This document shows, piece after piece, positions 1-11,790 of a stretch of 64,000 nucleotides of DNA. Source of the stretch: Camelus ferus (taxonomy: Eukaryota); NCBI RefSeq assembly GCF_009834535.1, contig NC_045696.1:28026001-28090000 (forward strand). Reading direction: 5' to 3'. Under the pieces are notes generated by a model, which was not told where the DNA came from, did not search any database, and saw nothing but the letters and a program-made list of their open reading frames with translations. The first letter of the stretch is position 1. Each line of letters opens with the position of its first letter. The translations under genes and the position numbers were made by a program.

Positions 1-1244
1 GAAACTGAACTTATGTTAACTACATTTTGTTGAATTGATCTATGTGAATTCATTTGTATTTCTCAAAACATATGTAAGTGCAAAATATTCTGAAGTATTT
101 TGAATCTTATCATTTACTTTCGAATGTCTTCAAAAATGGGAGACATGTCTTATTCATTTTGTATTGTAATGGTTGGACATAAACTATATGTAATATATTT
201 TTAATTGAATTGAAACAAAACATGCTTCTCCAATAACACAAAGGTACAAAGTTCTATTATTCCTCTGGTCACATATATTTTGAATACTGTAGAGATTTCA
301 GACTAAATACTACTTGGACATGTCATAAAAATCTTCAAGCACTGAACAGAAAAATGTATTTTTCTACTTATATGCTTTATTTTCTGCCAATGAAATCAAA
401 ATTTATTTAATGAAAAAGGTTCACACCATTTATTATGTATCTATCATATTTGTCAATATAATAAAAATTAGAGAAAGCAATATTAAATATAGAAATGTTT
501 TATTAAAATGTCCACAAGAAGGAGATGGTGTCTAAATTTTTAAGCCCCAATATATATGCTATAGTGAGTGGTTCTTATTAAAAAATAATATAAAAATTAA
601 TTGCACTGATTATTGAAATTGCTGCAAAAAGTAAGAAAAATTTCCAGCTACTACCATGTCAATACAGTAATTATAACCTTCAGTATATATATTTTCAGAC
701 AATTTTATACTTGGATAATTTTCTTTTACATACATACTAACAATAATCTTAACATTTATTTTTCATCAGTTTATTTTCCTAAGCATCAGAGGCAATTTTT
801 CACTTGAAAAATAAATTTTATGTGTGTACTTTCCTTAGAATCCCTTTCAAGCCTTTTACTCTCTAAGTTAATTTTCTCACTTAAGGTATGCCACTAACAA
901 TAAAATGCCTCCAGACTTTTTGTATTAGTTCCAAAGGAATTTCAGACATAATTTAGAAAAGCACATTTATTAAAATCCAATTCCTCTAGATACTTTCAAG
1001 TGCCAGAAACTTTAACAGGGCAGCTGTTGTATCTTCTAATTGGAAAAACTTGCGTAAGTGCAAAATGTTTCAAAGCATTTTGAATCTTATTATTTACTTT
1101 AATTAAAAAAATCATGAAATATTTAAAACTAACATTAAAGTTAGTACATATATTGTAGAAGGAGAGTAAATATCCTTTAAGGGTTCCTAGGTTCTTGGGA
1201 AAGAAGGCACAGAGAAAAGTTATACGTGAGTTCAAAAAGCTGTC

Positions 1245-1405
1245 TCTGTCACTAGCTTTGTGACCCTTTGGCAAGTGCTTATATGTGGTAGCTGAGACTC
1301 AATGATATCATGAATTGGGTACAATGATACTTGCCTTGTAGGGAGGATTGTTAAGTTAAAAGAGCATAAGTTAAGAGCATAGTGCTTACCAAGTAGCAGA
1401 TATTT
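1245..1405 (+). mobile_element. MIR SINE fragment
   Basis: ctgtcactagctttgtgaccctttggcaagt...gatacttgccttgtagggaggattgtt...agcatagtgcttacc resembles the MIR core and tail. Confidence 0.65.
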
Positions 1406-3554
1406 TAAAAAGTGGTAACAAGTATCTTATGCTGTTACCTGAGTATTCATTTGATTTCAACAATTCTATTAAGAAATAAAAATTCAGAGATGATGTTTTC
1501 CTTACATTTAATAACAAATGAACACAAACTTTGTATCCAGGAGTTTGTGATTTAAAGGCCATACTACCAACTCCTTTCTCATTAATGAGGACTCGATTTT
1601 TGTCTGAGTGTTCACTGACTTAGCGATTTAGGCAGACTTTCTACTTTTAAGGGTTTTAATTTGTAAAATAAGGAGATTCCATTCAGTAATCTTTTGCAAT
1701 TATGATTCTAAACAATTAAGATAAATCTAGAAGATAAAGATAAATCCAGTTGTTAAAAATGTTTGATCCAACATTACAGATCGTTCCCATGTTAGATTCT
1801 AATAGACTGTCTAAATATGACAGAAAAGTCACCCTCTAGTCTAAGCATGAATTGGGATTTATTACTGTTTCTGTGCATTGAAATTCACTTTCTTCTGAAT
1901 CTATAGGAGGATTCCATGCATAACTTCCATGAAATATAATGGTAATTATTTGAAAAAAATCAGTTTTATAGTTGTCTGGGAATATATTCCAAAGCCAAAT
2001 TGAATAGATACTATGTTATTTAATTTTACTCAAATAAATCCATCCAACAAGAAGCGTATTTTCCCTGCAGAGATCTATAGTTCCACGTTCATTTCATCAT
2101 TTGATTTTCTTAAATATAAGACTAAACTTTTAATGAATTTTAGAAAGTTTTTACCAATAATTAAAAAGAACACTCTGCTTAAAGTACTGTAAAATATGTT
2201 ATTATAATTTGATTCAGGTTTGTTACGAGGATGCCCACAAATAATTCAGCTGCTAAATAGTTTGCTAACTTATAAATCAAATTCCTTCAAATTTTTTATG
2301 ATTAATACTATTTGCAAAACAAGATATACAAGACAACTTTAACAGGTCTCCACACAGAAAGAGAAAATTCTTCCATTCTTATGCATTCAATTCATCCACA
2401 TTTCAAGGAGATAGCAATTATTTCAAGGACAAAAAGAGAAAATTACAGTCTCTTTGAGATTATCAGGGTCCTTTTGGACAGCTAACCTCAGCAAAAGGAA
2501 TGGTGACATTTATAAAAACATTATCAACCCTCAAACTAAAGGCTTCAGAGAGAAGGACAATTGGATTTGCACATTTCAGTAAAACACACACAAAATTGTG
2601 TTAAACAGCTAAATGTTTCTTCAGAGATGACTAATATGTTCACATGCAAGATCAAGTCATTTCTCCTGTTTTCAATCTGGCCTTTCATAAACTTCTGACA
2701 GAGTCCCTGAAAGGATATTATGCCCATTTAATGCAAATATTCATTTTCATTTAAGTGCTTGAATATAAGGCTGTGGTATGTTCTAGTTCACAAATGCTAT
2801 CACAAGATTCAGTAGTTGCCAGAGAAAGGAGTCTTGACTTTGCTCTACCTGGAAATAGCTATCCTCTGATCTACTAAAACATGCCTGGCTTACTATGAAG
2901 TAACTGTGTTACACGGGGGCTCAGGACAGATAAATTTAGTGGTTTCTGTCCAAATATCCTGCCCTGTGCCAAAAGAAAACAAAGCAAAACAAACAAATAA
3001 AACGGGACTATTATGTGCAAGTGGGTTGATGTATTTTATTTCTTCCATTCCATTGTGTTTGCCACAAATTCTTGCATCCAAAATAGACCCATGAAACTTA
3101 CCATTCTAGACTAGGAGCAGTGGCTAACTCCACCCATCAACAAGAAAATTGCCTTGAAAATTGTCTTCGCTTTTTGGTGAGAATATTGGTTACATTTCTT
3201 TACCTTCTTCTCCAACACTTTAGAAAATAAGCCTGGAAAACCTACTTCAGAATAATCTACCTAATTTAAAAAGAATATACTACTTCTCCACTCTTAGCTG
3301 GAGTCAAGAAGAAAGGAGAGAGCCATGCAGAGAATGGAAATGAAAAATCTAATGTCTTTTCTATCCCTAGGGTTTGGATTTGGGGGGTTTTTTTTGTTTG
3401 TTTGTTTGCTTTTTGGACAAGAGACAGGGTAGGGGGTAAAGTGAAATCCCCCGCATTCATCGAAGTTATTCTCATTCAGAGATGGCACAGGTAAAGCAAC
3501 TGGAAGGAAATACCGTTGTATGCTATAAAGTTATGGTCCCTCAAAGTAAGACTT

Positions 3555-3775
3555 TTGGGGGCGGGGCTGGGGGCTTAAGTTTAACTTGCCCAGGCTGTCC
3601 TCACCCTCACATGACTTAGGCACTGAGTTGAGAATTTATGGGCTGCTCCCCGCTCCCACCCCACCCCCCAGCCAGTTGAAGGCCAGAGGCGGGCTGGGAG
3701 GTGTGGCCAATACCCACTCTCACGTGTGAGTAAAATAAGGGCGCTCCACTGCACGTGGCTAGAAAACAAGGTATG
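3555..3775. promoter_or_regulatory. GC-rich promoter/enhancer-like patch
   Basis: GC box GGGGCGGGGC 3558-3567, CACATGAC 3608-3615, CACCC boxes about 3657-3667, CCAAT 3707-3711, and CACGTG at 3721-3726 and 3752-3757, all in an AT-rich background. Confidence 0.45.
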
Positions 3776-5649
3776 TGTGAGAACTGACCCTCAGCAACCA
3801 AACTGAAAAGGTATTTTACTGTCCAAAATAATAAGAATAATTTTCTGAATATGAAGGTTCTCATGGTTTAAGTGGATGACTGTGGAAAACTAGATTAGAT
3901 GGATCTTTCTATCACAATATATGAATATGTGGCCAACAATTTATACTTCATAGTAAGTTAATGAAACACACAAAAAATGTTGTCATTTATATTAAAACAA
4001 ATGAATGAATAACAACAAATTAATTACGCAAAATCACAAAGTTCTTTTGCACCTTGTTTAGTAAGCAGAGATCTTACTGATCTTACATCTGTTCTCTTCA
4101 CTTTTTGCCTTTGCTTTTGTTGATTTACTTTATGGAAAATGCTTTCTAGGTTAACATAAAAACTTTAGTTTTCATAACATTGCTGGATACATATTAAATA
4201 AATTCATATGAAAATGTGTTAATCCATGTTCTTGACAATGTAAAACACCATTATAGTAGTTTATCTACATTTTTCACTGTTTGGAATGTCTTAGGTTAGA
4301 CAGCAAAATAAGCATACACAAACAGGAGTGATTTTATCAAAATACTGTGCATTCAAATATTGAGATCACTTTGCTTATTACAACAAAGCAGCTAAATCTT
4401 TCGGTCTCAGCACTGAGAATCTTCCATGTTTTTAATGGGAATTTGAGCCCCAAAGATTAGGATTTACTAGTCTCCATGCAGTATTTGAATCACTGCAACA
4501 GTTACTGTCTGCTGAAATAAACGAGGCTCTGGATTCTAGACAGCTCCCCAGACCAAATGACAAGGCTTAAAGTGATGCTCATGTATAATCATGTAATTTA
4601 AAAATCAGTTAAAAGAAAAAAGCTTCACATTTTTCCTCACAGAATTCAATGTCTTTTTGGAGATATCGTCAGTGATGCAGTTGAATGCCCTAACCACAGA
4701 GATGTGAGAAAATATTTTGATATCACATAAAAGAAACAACTACCTTTCTGGAATGTCTTTATAAAAAAAAATTCATAATAAGTTTTCTTTACACATTATG
4801 TATCTAAGACACATAATGCCTCCATTATACAGAATTGATGCATAAAATTATTTCTGCAACGTATAATTGAACTCAATGACCATAATGTCATAACACCTTT
4901 TGTTGATTTTTAGACAATGTCTTGTAGGACTTAATCTACTGCTTAATTAATATTCTATGGTTTATATTTATATTTCATGTACAGCAAGAAGTATGCTTTT
5001 TAATTTTTGTAATATCTTACTGAAAGATATTTTAAGAAAGGTCACGTCTTATTAGGGATGTTATTGAAAAAGAAAGAATTCAAAGATATGAGTAAGATTT
5101 AAAGGAAATTGAGTATTGGATCAAAATGAGTTAACTAACCAATCTTCCAAATTTCTGTAAAAATATATGATTGTAATGTAGTAAGTAAATGAACTTAAAT
5201 ATTCCTATGACAAATTTTAATAAATGGACTCATGATGCACCTGTTTATTTGCACACATAGAGAAAATGTAATTGTTTGTCATTTTAAGGTAAAATAGTTA
5301 AGGACATGGGATAGACATTTGGAGAATCCTCCCTTCCTTACCAACCCAACCAAAGAGATATCTTTGTTAAAATAAAGGTAAAACTCTCACATTATAATTT
5401 GTTTTAACATAGTAAGGTAAAATAACATAATAACACATAATAAAATTTCTGTAAAATAGTATGTTTTGATTCAGAATTTCAAAGTTTTTTAAAAACAGAA
5501 CTATTTTAACATTGCATTTTATTACTGTCAAAGCACGCATCATAACTGACATTTTTCTTCATATTTTATACCCCCTCCTAGGTCCTATTGCAGCAATAGG
5601 TATGGCATGAGGCTGTACCTACAAACAATGACCCTCAAATAAATATCAT

Positions 5650-6900
5650 CAGCCACTAACTCTTCTGAATCCAAAAGAGATCTGTTTCCCATTTACCTTT
5701 TTTGACGTTCTAAGCTCAACAATACCCCAAACCAAACTTATGGTCAGAACAAGCCTTGAAAAAAATGGTATCACAGGTAGAATCCTTCAAGTCACCCTAG
5801 CATCTCCTTCATTATCACACGCATTCTAACCATAACCAGGCTGGTCAACTGTGCCTCCTAAACACCTTTCAAATCCATCCATTCTCGATAAACCCTGTCA
5901 CGACGACTCTGGTTAAAACCGAGTCATGGCTACAGTTTTCTAGATGACTTAGCCTCCACTCATTACTGAGCAGTCAGAATGATCTTTCTGAATGGCAGCT
6001 CACTCACACGCACACCCTGCAACCACACAACCCAAACATCCTTCCATGGATTTTATTTTATTATTTTTTTCTGGAATAAAGATAGAAGTCTTCTGCATGA
6101 CTTACCTGATCTTGCATGACATGTCCTCAATTCCTCTCTAGCCTCATTGCGCAGGACATGGCCCTTCATTCTGCTCAGCCATACCAGCCAACTTTCCGTT
6201 CCTTAAATGCGCCATTCTTCCTCCTGCTAAGTGTTAATGTGCACCTTGCTTCCTTTACCTGGAAACTTTTCTCTGAGCAGTCACCCAAACTTTTTAATTA
6301 TTCATCAGATCAGACCTCATTTCTGTAGTAAACCTTTCCTTGACCTCTCCATCTTGGTTGGTATCGTCTCATGTCAGCAGACATACTCTGCAGTGGACTG
6401 AATGTGTGTGTCCCTCCAAAATTCATATGTTGAAATCCTAACCCACAATGTGATGTTATTAGGAAATGGGACCCTTGGGAAGTGACTAGGTCATGAGGGT
6501 GGAGCCCTCACGAATAGGATTAACTCCCTTATAAAAGTGACCCTAGAGAGCTCTCTAGCTCTTCTTTCCACATGTGAAGATGCAGTAAGATGACCATCTG
6601 CGAACCAGGAAGCGGTCCCTCACTAGATACCAAATCTGCCGGCAGCTTGATCTTGGACTTCTCAGCCTTTAGAACTGTGAGAAAGATATGTTTGTTGTTT
6701 AAGCCACCTAGTTTATGGAATTTTTTTATAGTAGTAGGTCGAATGGACTAAGCCACCCTTCTTCATGATACTTATCATACATCCAGGAGGCATCAATTTG
6801 TATGATTTATTGATTAATTTCCCACAAGTCCTAAACTTCTTAGGAACTTGTAGTAGTCATAGTAGGCGCTCAGTAAATACACAGAATGAAATTAATGAAC
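5650..6900 (+). mobile_element. L2 LINE 3' region interrupted by an MLT1A LTR
   Basis: Pyrimidine-rich L2-like sequence ending in catagtaggcgctcagtaaatac...gaatgaaattaatgaa, a typical L2 3' end. Confidence 0.65.
6389..6755 (+). mobile_element. MLT1A/MLT1A0 solo LTR (ERVL-MaLR)
   Basis: tg...gactgaatgtgtgtgtccctccaaaattcatatgttgaaatcctaa...gagggtggagccctca...cttgatcttggacttctcagcc...aagccacctagtttatgg...gactaagcca, with TG...CA termini. Confidence 0.9.
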
Positions 6901-7379
6901 TACTATCTAGCAGCTACGTAAATGCTTGACGTAAAACTGTGTAACAACTGAAATTGAAATAATGTGAACTTTTAACTGTGTCTTAATATTTAAATGTACA
7001 CACACAACATGAATATTAAGGTACAATATTAGAAACTCTGATAAATACAACAAATTGATCCCTGACCTCTGCTTTGTGCTTTCTATGGGAATTTATAGCC
7101 CAGGTACCTAGCTCAGTAGATCGGCAGGATTTGACACTCATTTATTAAATATGTAAACGCTTGATAATAAACATGTTATTTGCCTTAAGCATGACATACC
7201 AAACTAGGAAATTCAAACTCCAAGACTGAAGCATTAATCATACTAAGTTTGAAAGCACAAATCAAAAGTTATCACTAGACAGAGACCTGAACTATCATCA
7301 GATAACTTGTACATACAATAGGAACAGGAGAATTGAGAGAGAATAAAGAATATGAGAATATGAGAATGTGGTTTGCTGG

Positions 7380-7770
7380 AGAGAGGATTCCATATATGTT
7401 CTGAAACATCAAACTGCTTGACTGGCACTGAACTTTTAGTCAAGGTGGATGGTGTGTCAACAGAGAGTTTGACCAGAGCTAAGGTAAGGAGATGTTGGTT
7501 GACTCTGGAAGGGAGTTTGAGTGGTATCCTTCGACTTTGTCCTGAAGGCAGTGGGAGTTTTTCAGAGATTTTCGGTTTGGATAGTACAAATTAGATAAGA
7601 AAGAAACTGTCATTAGACTATTTCAGTAATTCAATATGAAGAGAAGGTGGTTATAGTATATCAGTGGCAATGAAGAAGAGGGCATAATTGGGATTATATT
7701 AGAACAACTGGAAAAGGAGACTGACATCCACTTAACCCTTAACAAACAAGATGACTCCAGAATTTTATGT
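7380..7770 (-). mobile_element. L2 fragment
   Basis: Purine-rich antisense L2-like sequence (gactttgtcctgaaggcagtgggag). Confidence 0.5.
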
Positions 7771-8096
7771 TTTCTATTATTTTTCCAAATAAATGTGAAA
7801 GAAAGATAAATTCGGTGACAGACTTACTATAAAATGACAAGGCATCCACGTAGAACTGCTCAGCAAGTAACTGAAAAAAATGAATCCAAAATAGTCGCTA
7901 GGAGTGACTATTATTCAACACAATCTGAATCCAGAATTTCTCAAATTTTAGAACTGTTAAAGAGAGACCACCACCAGCCAGTACATATTCAAGCCATTGA
8001 TATTTTCTCATATGTTACACAAACATTGTTCAAATACAAATGCACGTCTCTGATCTCCTCTCTCTCCTGAACTATTGGAATCCAAGTTGCTACTGC

Positions 8097-8161
8097 AAAA
8101 AAACAAAAAACAAAAAAAAAAACCCAAAAAAAAACCAAACCAAAAACAAAACCCAAAAAAA
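8097..8161 (+). repeat. A-rich (CAAAA)n-like simple repeat
   Basis: aaaaaaacaaaaaacaaaaaaaaaaacccaaaaaaaaaccaaaccaaaaacaaaacccaaaaaaa. Confidence 0.9.
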
Positions 8162-8914
8162 CTTAGAACTTTAAAAGAGTCTACAGGTTCAGAGGAAAAG
8201 AAGGAAGCAGAAATCAGGAACAGTTCAGAAAAGGACCTGCTCTCAAAGCACAGCAGCCTCAGAATATTTCCTTCACCCCAGAAGCCATTTCACGCCATTA
8301 TGTTGCATTGTTAGAAATTCTATCATTTGCGGTTTCACTTAGATTAATCCTTTTACATTGAATTGTGTTCAGGGGATTATCACTCAGTCATCATCTGTAA
8401 TAGTTATATTAATCGGACTGCTTTTTTTTTTTTTAATGTTTTAAGTACTTTGAAGAAAGATTAAGCTCCGTTGAACATAAGAGGCAAGATTTTCGTCTAG
8501 GATAGAATATTCTGGTGCCTGGGCAGGCCTGGGTCACGGAAGGGGCATAGGGAGTGTGATACTGTGGGAGAGGTGTACAAAAGAAAGGGGAAGGAATAAA
8601 ATACAGTTCTTTTGCCTTGACAGTTTCAGTCTTTGGGGACTCCAGTGATGATTTATCTTTGTGAGTATTTGAAACATTTTCTGTATTATCCATTTGATCA
8701 TTAGTTATGTAAAACCTAGTAGTTTCTTTTTACTTGCTCTGTAAAATATTTGAAAATACTAATTATTATTATAATTCTACATAATTTCTAATGCAATATG
8801 ATGACTTGATGGGATAAGGTTATATAAATTTTCCTGCTTTAAAATTTTTTCTCTTATAGTAAGTTTAACAGTTGAAATGATATCAAAAGTAAACATTTAT
8901 GTGGAAGTGATATA

Positions 8915-9002
8915 TATATATTTTTAATGGAGGTACTGGGGACTGAACCCAGGACCTTATGTATGCAAAGTACACACTCTACCATTAAGCTATACCCACC
9001 CA
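8915..9002 (-). mobile_element. Camelid tRNA-derived SINE (Vic-1-like)
   Basis: The reverse complement gggtatagcttaatggtagagtgtgtactttgcatacataaggtcctgggttcagtccccagtacctccatt has Pol III A and B boxes. It is flanked by an imperfect TSD gg(a/g)agtgatat. Confidence 0.85.
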
Positions 9003-9344
9003 CTTGGGGAGTGATATTATTGCTACTCTTTTTGCATTGAAACATGTGGAAACATATGATACTTTTGTGGCCTCTAGAAAGTGAGGATAAAGAGTGGGTC
9101 AATTCTGGGCTTCCTTTCTTCTCCTTAAGTGTATAATGTGATTCTGAAGCTATGATAGCCCTTCGGTATATATTAACTTAATGTATTTTGCCTCTGGCTC
9201 TAATTAACATATTTTAATATGTATATAACTCTTTGGGAATACAGAAATATCTTTTAAGTATTAAGAGTCTACTATATTTACTTTCTTGTATTCAAGTTTC
9301 AAAACAGTATGCAATGGAGGTTTATATCTTGGCAGATTTTACAC

Positions 9345-9823
9345 TGTGGTAGGCAGAAAGCTGTCCACCTCCTAATTCCAAACACCTATAAATATGTTAT
9401 TTTACAAGGAAAATAGGAATTAAGGTTGCAGAAGGAATTAAGGGTGATATTCAGCTGACCTTAAAATAAGGAGATTATCCTGGTTTATCTGGGTGAGTCC
9501 GATATCTTTGGTCCAAATCACAAGGATCTTTAAGGCAGAGGGAAGCAGAAGAGGGAATGTCACTGTGATGTGACGTGAGAAAAACTCAAACAGCCATTGT
9601 TGGATTTGAAGATGAAATATGGGCACATAAGCAGCCTCTTAAAAGATGGAAAAGGTAAGAAAATAAATCCTTCAGAAACGAACACAGCCCTAATGATATG
9701 CTGACTTTAGCCCAAGGAGAGCCATTTTGGACTTACAGAACTATAATAAATTTGTGTTGTTTTAATTAAGCCACTAAATTTTTGATAATCTATCACAGAA
9801 ACAATTAAAAAAAAACTAGTATA
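9345..9823 (+). mobile_element. MLT1D-like solo LTR (ERVL-MaLR)
   Basis: tgtggtaggcaga...ggaattaaggttgcaga...cagctgaccttaaaataaggagattatcctgg...ataaatttgtgttgttttaa..aagccactaa. Confidence 0.85.
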
Positions 9824-11127
9824 TCACCATCTCTATGGAGAATAAAAAGGAATCCAGTATATTCCATAGCTGGCACTGTCGCCTGCCAGCCACAGTAAGT
9901 TCCTAGATGTCCTTCCTAGCTGTCTCCTCAGTTAAATCAACTTGGTTGATTCTAGTAGAAATTGCTCAGTTTACCTGCTAATATCAGCTACGCCAAGTCC
10001 TAATGAGCATATTGTTACATTCTGCCCTTTGATAGAGCCTAAAAATCTCTGTAACTCTGTTTTAAAGAAAGGAAAAATATATGTTACTTGGTGCTTTCTC
10101 CAAAGTAGGAAATGTTAATCTTTCCTTTCTTATCAGTGCTTTTCTTTTGGATGGTTTTCAAAAGAACTAAATGTACAGCACACTCAAGGTTCAGTCCTCA
10201 GCCTTGGGGGCTGCTGTTCCCTCATCAAAAAGCTCATCCATCTATTGACAGATTTATTGGGGCTATCTAAAAATTAAGCCTCCTAGATTTCCTGTCTCCA
10301 AATAGAATTTGAATCTGATCCTGCAGGCACTCACCTGACCTCCCCTTGAACCTTGATCAGGGGCTTCTGATCCTCTCTGCATTTGACTCCCTCAGGATGC
10401 ATACTAATGACTGTAGCTTTTACTTCTCACGTGCACATTTAGATAGCTCTCTGCTTTTGTCTTTGGTCCTTATGATCCACTGCAATGCTTGTCTATGCTT
10501 TTCTTAGTTAAATGTTAAATCATCTTTTACCCAGTCTCTCCTGGAAGACATTTTATAGGACTAACTCCCAGATCTCCTATCCCATGAAGTTCAACTCTAT
10601 TTTCCAGAATTATAAAAGAGTTAGTGAAGATTTAAGTTTTCAATTACCATTCAGAATATTTATGAACGTATCCACTTTCAATAACCAAACTCCTAGGAGT
10701 ACAGTGGGAATCCAATTGATACCCATTTTCGGGACCCATTAAAAATTAGCATATTTTTATGTGAAGTGAATTTAAAAATTCCACTGTAGAGCTTGGTGTC
10801 AGATTCCCTACAATAAACTGCTGATATCCCTTCTCTAAAAGTGCATTTACCTGTGTTATTTAGGACACTGTAATTCAGTGTGAACTACTGAATTTCTACA
10901 GAAGAGAACACATATTATTCCCAGAATATATTTCTGTAATAAAAGAAATCCAGGAGCTTTATCTCTGTCAGTCCTTACAAGTGTGTTGACAGTAAGGAAA
11001 TGATGCATGATGTCTGGAGCTGCTGCAATCATCTGTGTCCATGAAGGAAAGTCATGAGACCAGAGAAGCAGATCCTCAGCTCTTGATTTCTTCTCTCTCA
11101 ATACCACCCCTTTCACCAGTCTGTGGG

Positions 11128-11472
11128 TGCTATAGGTTGAGTTTTCGTGTCCTCCCACAGAGTGCATATGTTGAAATCATAATTCCCTAAAGTGATAATA
11201 TTAGGATATGGGACTTTTAGGAGATGATTAATTCGTGAGGATGGAGTGTCGATGAATGGGATTAAAGTCCTTATAAAAGAGACTCCAGACAATCACAGAG
11301 AGAAGATGGCTCTGTCTATGAACCAGAAAGTGGACTCTCACCAGACACCAAATCAGACAGAGCCTTGATCTTGGACCTCCCAGACTCCAGGGCTGTAAGA
11401 AATAAAATTCTGTTGTATATAAGCCACCCCATCTATGGTATTCTGTTATAGCAGCTTGAATGGTCTAAAACA
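11128..11472 (+). mobile_element. MLT1A/MLT1A0 solo LTR
   Basis: tgctataggttga...catatgttgaaatc...ccttgatcttggacctcccagactccag...aagccaccccatctatggtattctgttatagcagc...ctaaaaca, with a near-perfect 5-bp TSD gtggg/gaggg. Confidence 0.88.
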
Positions 11473-11790
11473 GAGGGTTTTTTTCCATAGTATTTTCTTT
11501 TTGTCTATGCATGTACATGTTTACTATATATGTACAGATACTTTATAATATGGTAGGATTAAGTAATACCTGTCATTCCCTGGTCGTATATCTTGCTTTT
11601 TTATTAATATATCCTGGAGATCTATCCATCAGTACACACATGCCCCTATATATACTTTTTAAACTGCTACAAAATATTTCAAAATAACTTTATATAAGTG
11701 TATATAAGCAACAAAATAATCTTTTGTGTAGGCGAATCCTTTTCCTATCAGGATTGTTCTTAAATGTTCTTCACATTGCAGATGTATATC
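11473..11790 (-). mobile_element. Ancient L1 (L1M/L1ME-like) 3' fragment
   Basis: tcttgctttttt..ttaatatatcctggagatctatccatcagtac...ttttaaactgctacaaaatatttc resembles antisense L1ME 3'UTR. Confidence 0.5.

Noticed and set aside
6100..6108. Perfect minus-strand donor CAG|GTAAGT inside L2 (possible cryptic ROBO1 exon)
   Set aside because: No convincing polypyrimidine/AG acceptor lies at exon distance upstream on the minus strand.
8075..8314. Lysine-rich 79-aa ORF resembling a basic or NLS-containing protein
   Set aside because: The lysine run is simply the translation of the (CAAAA)n simple repeat.
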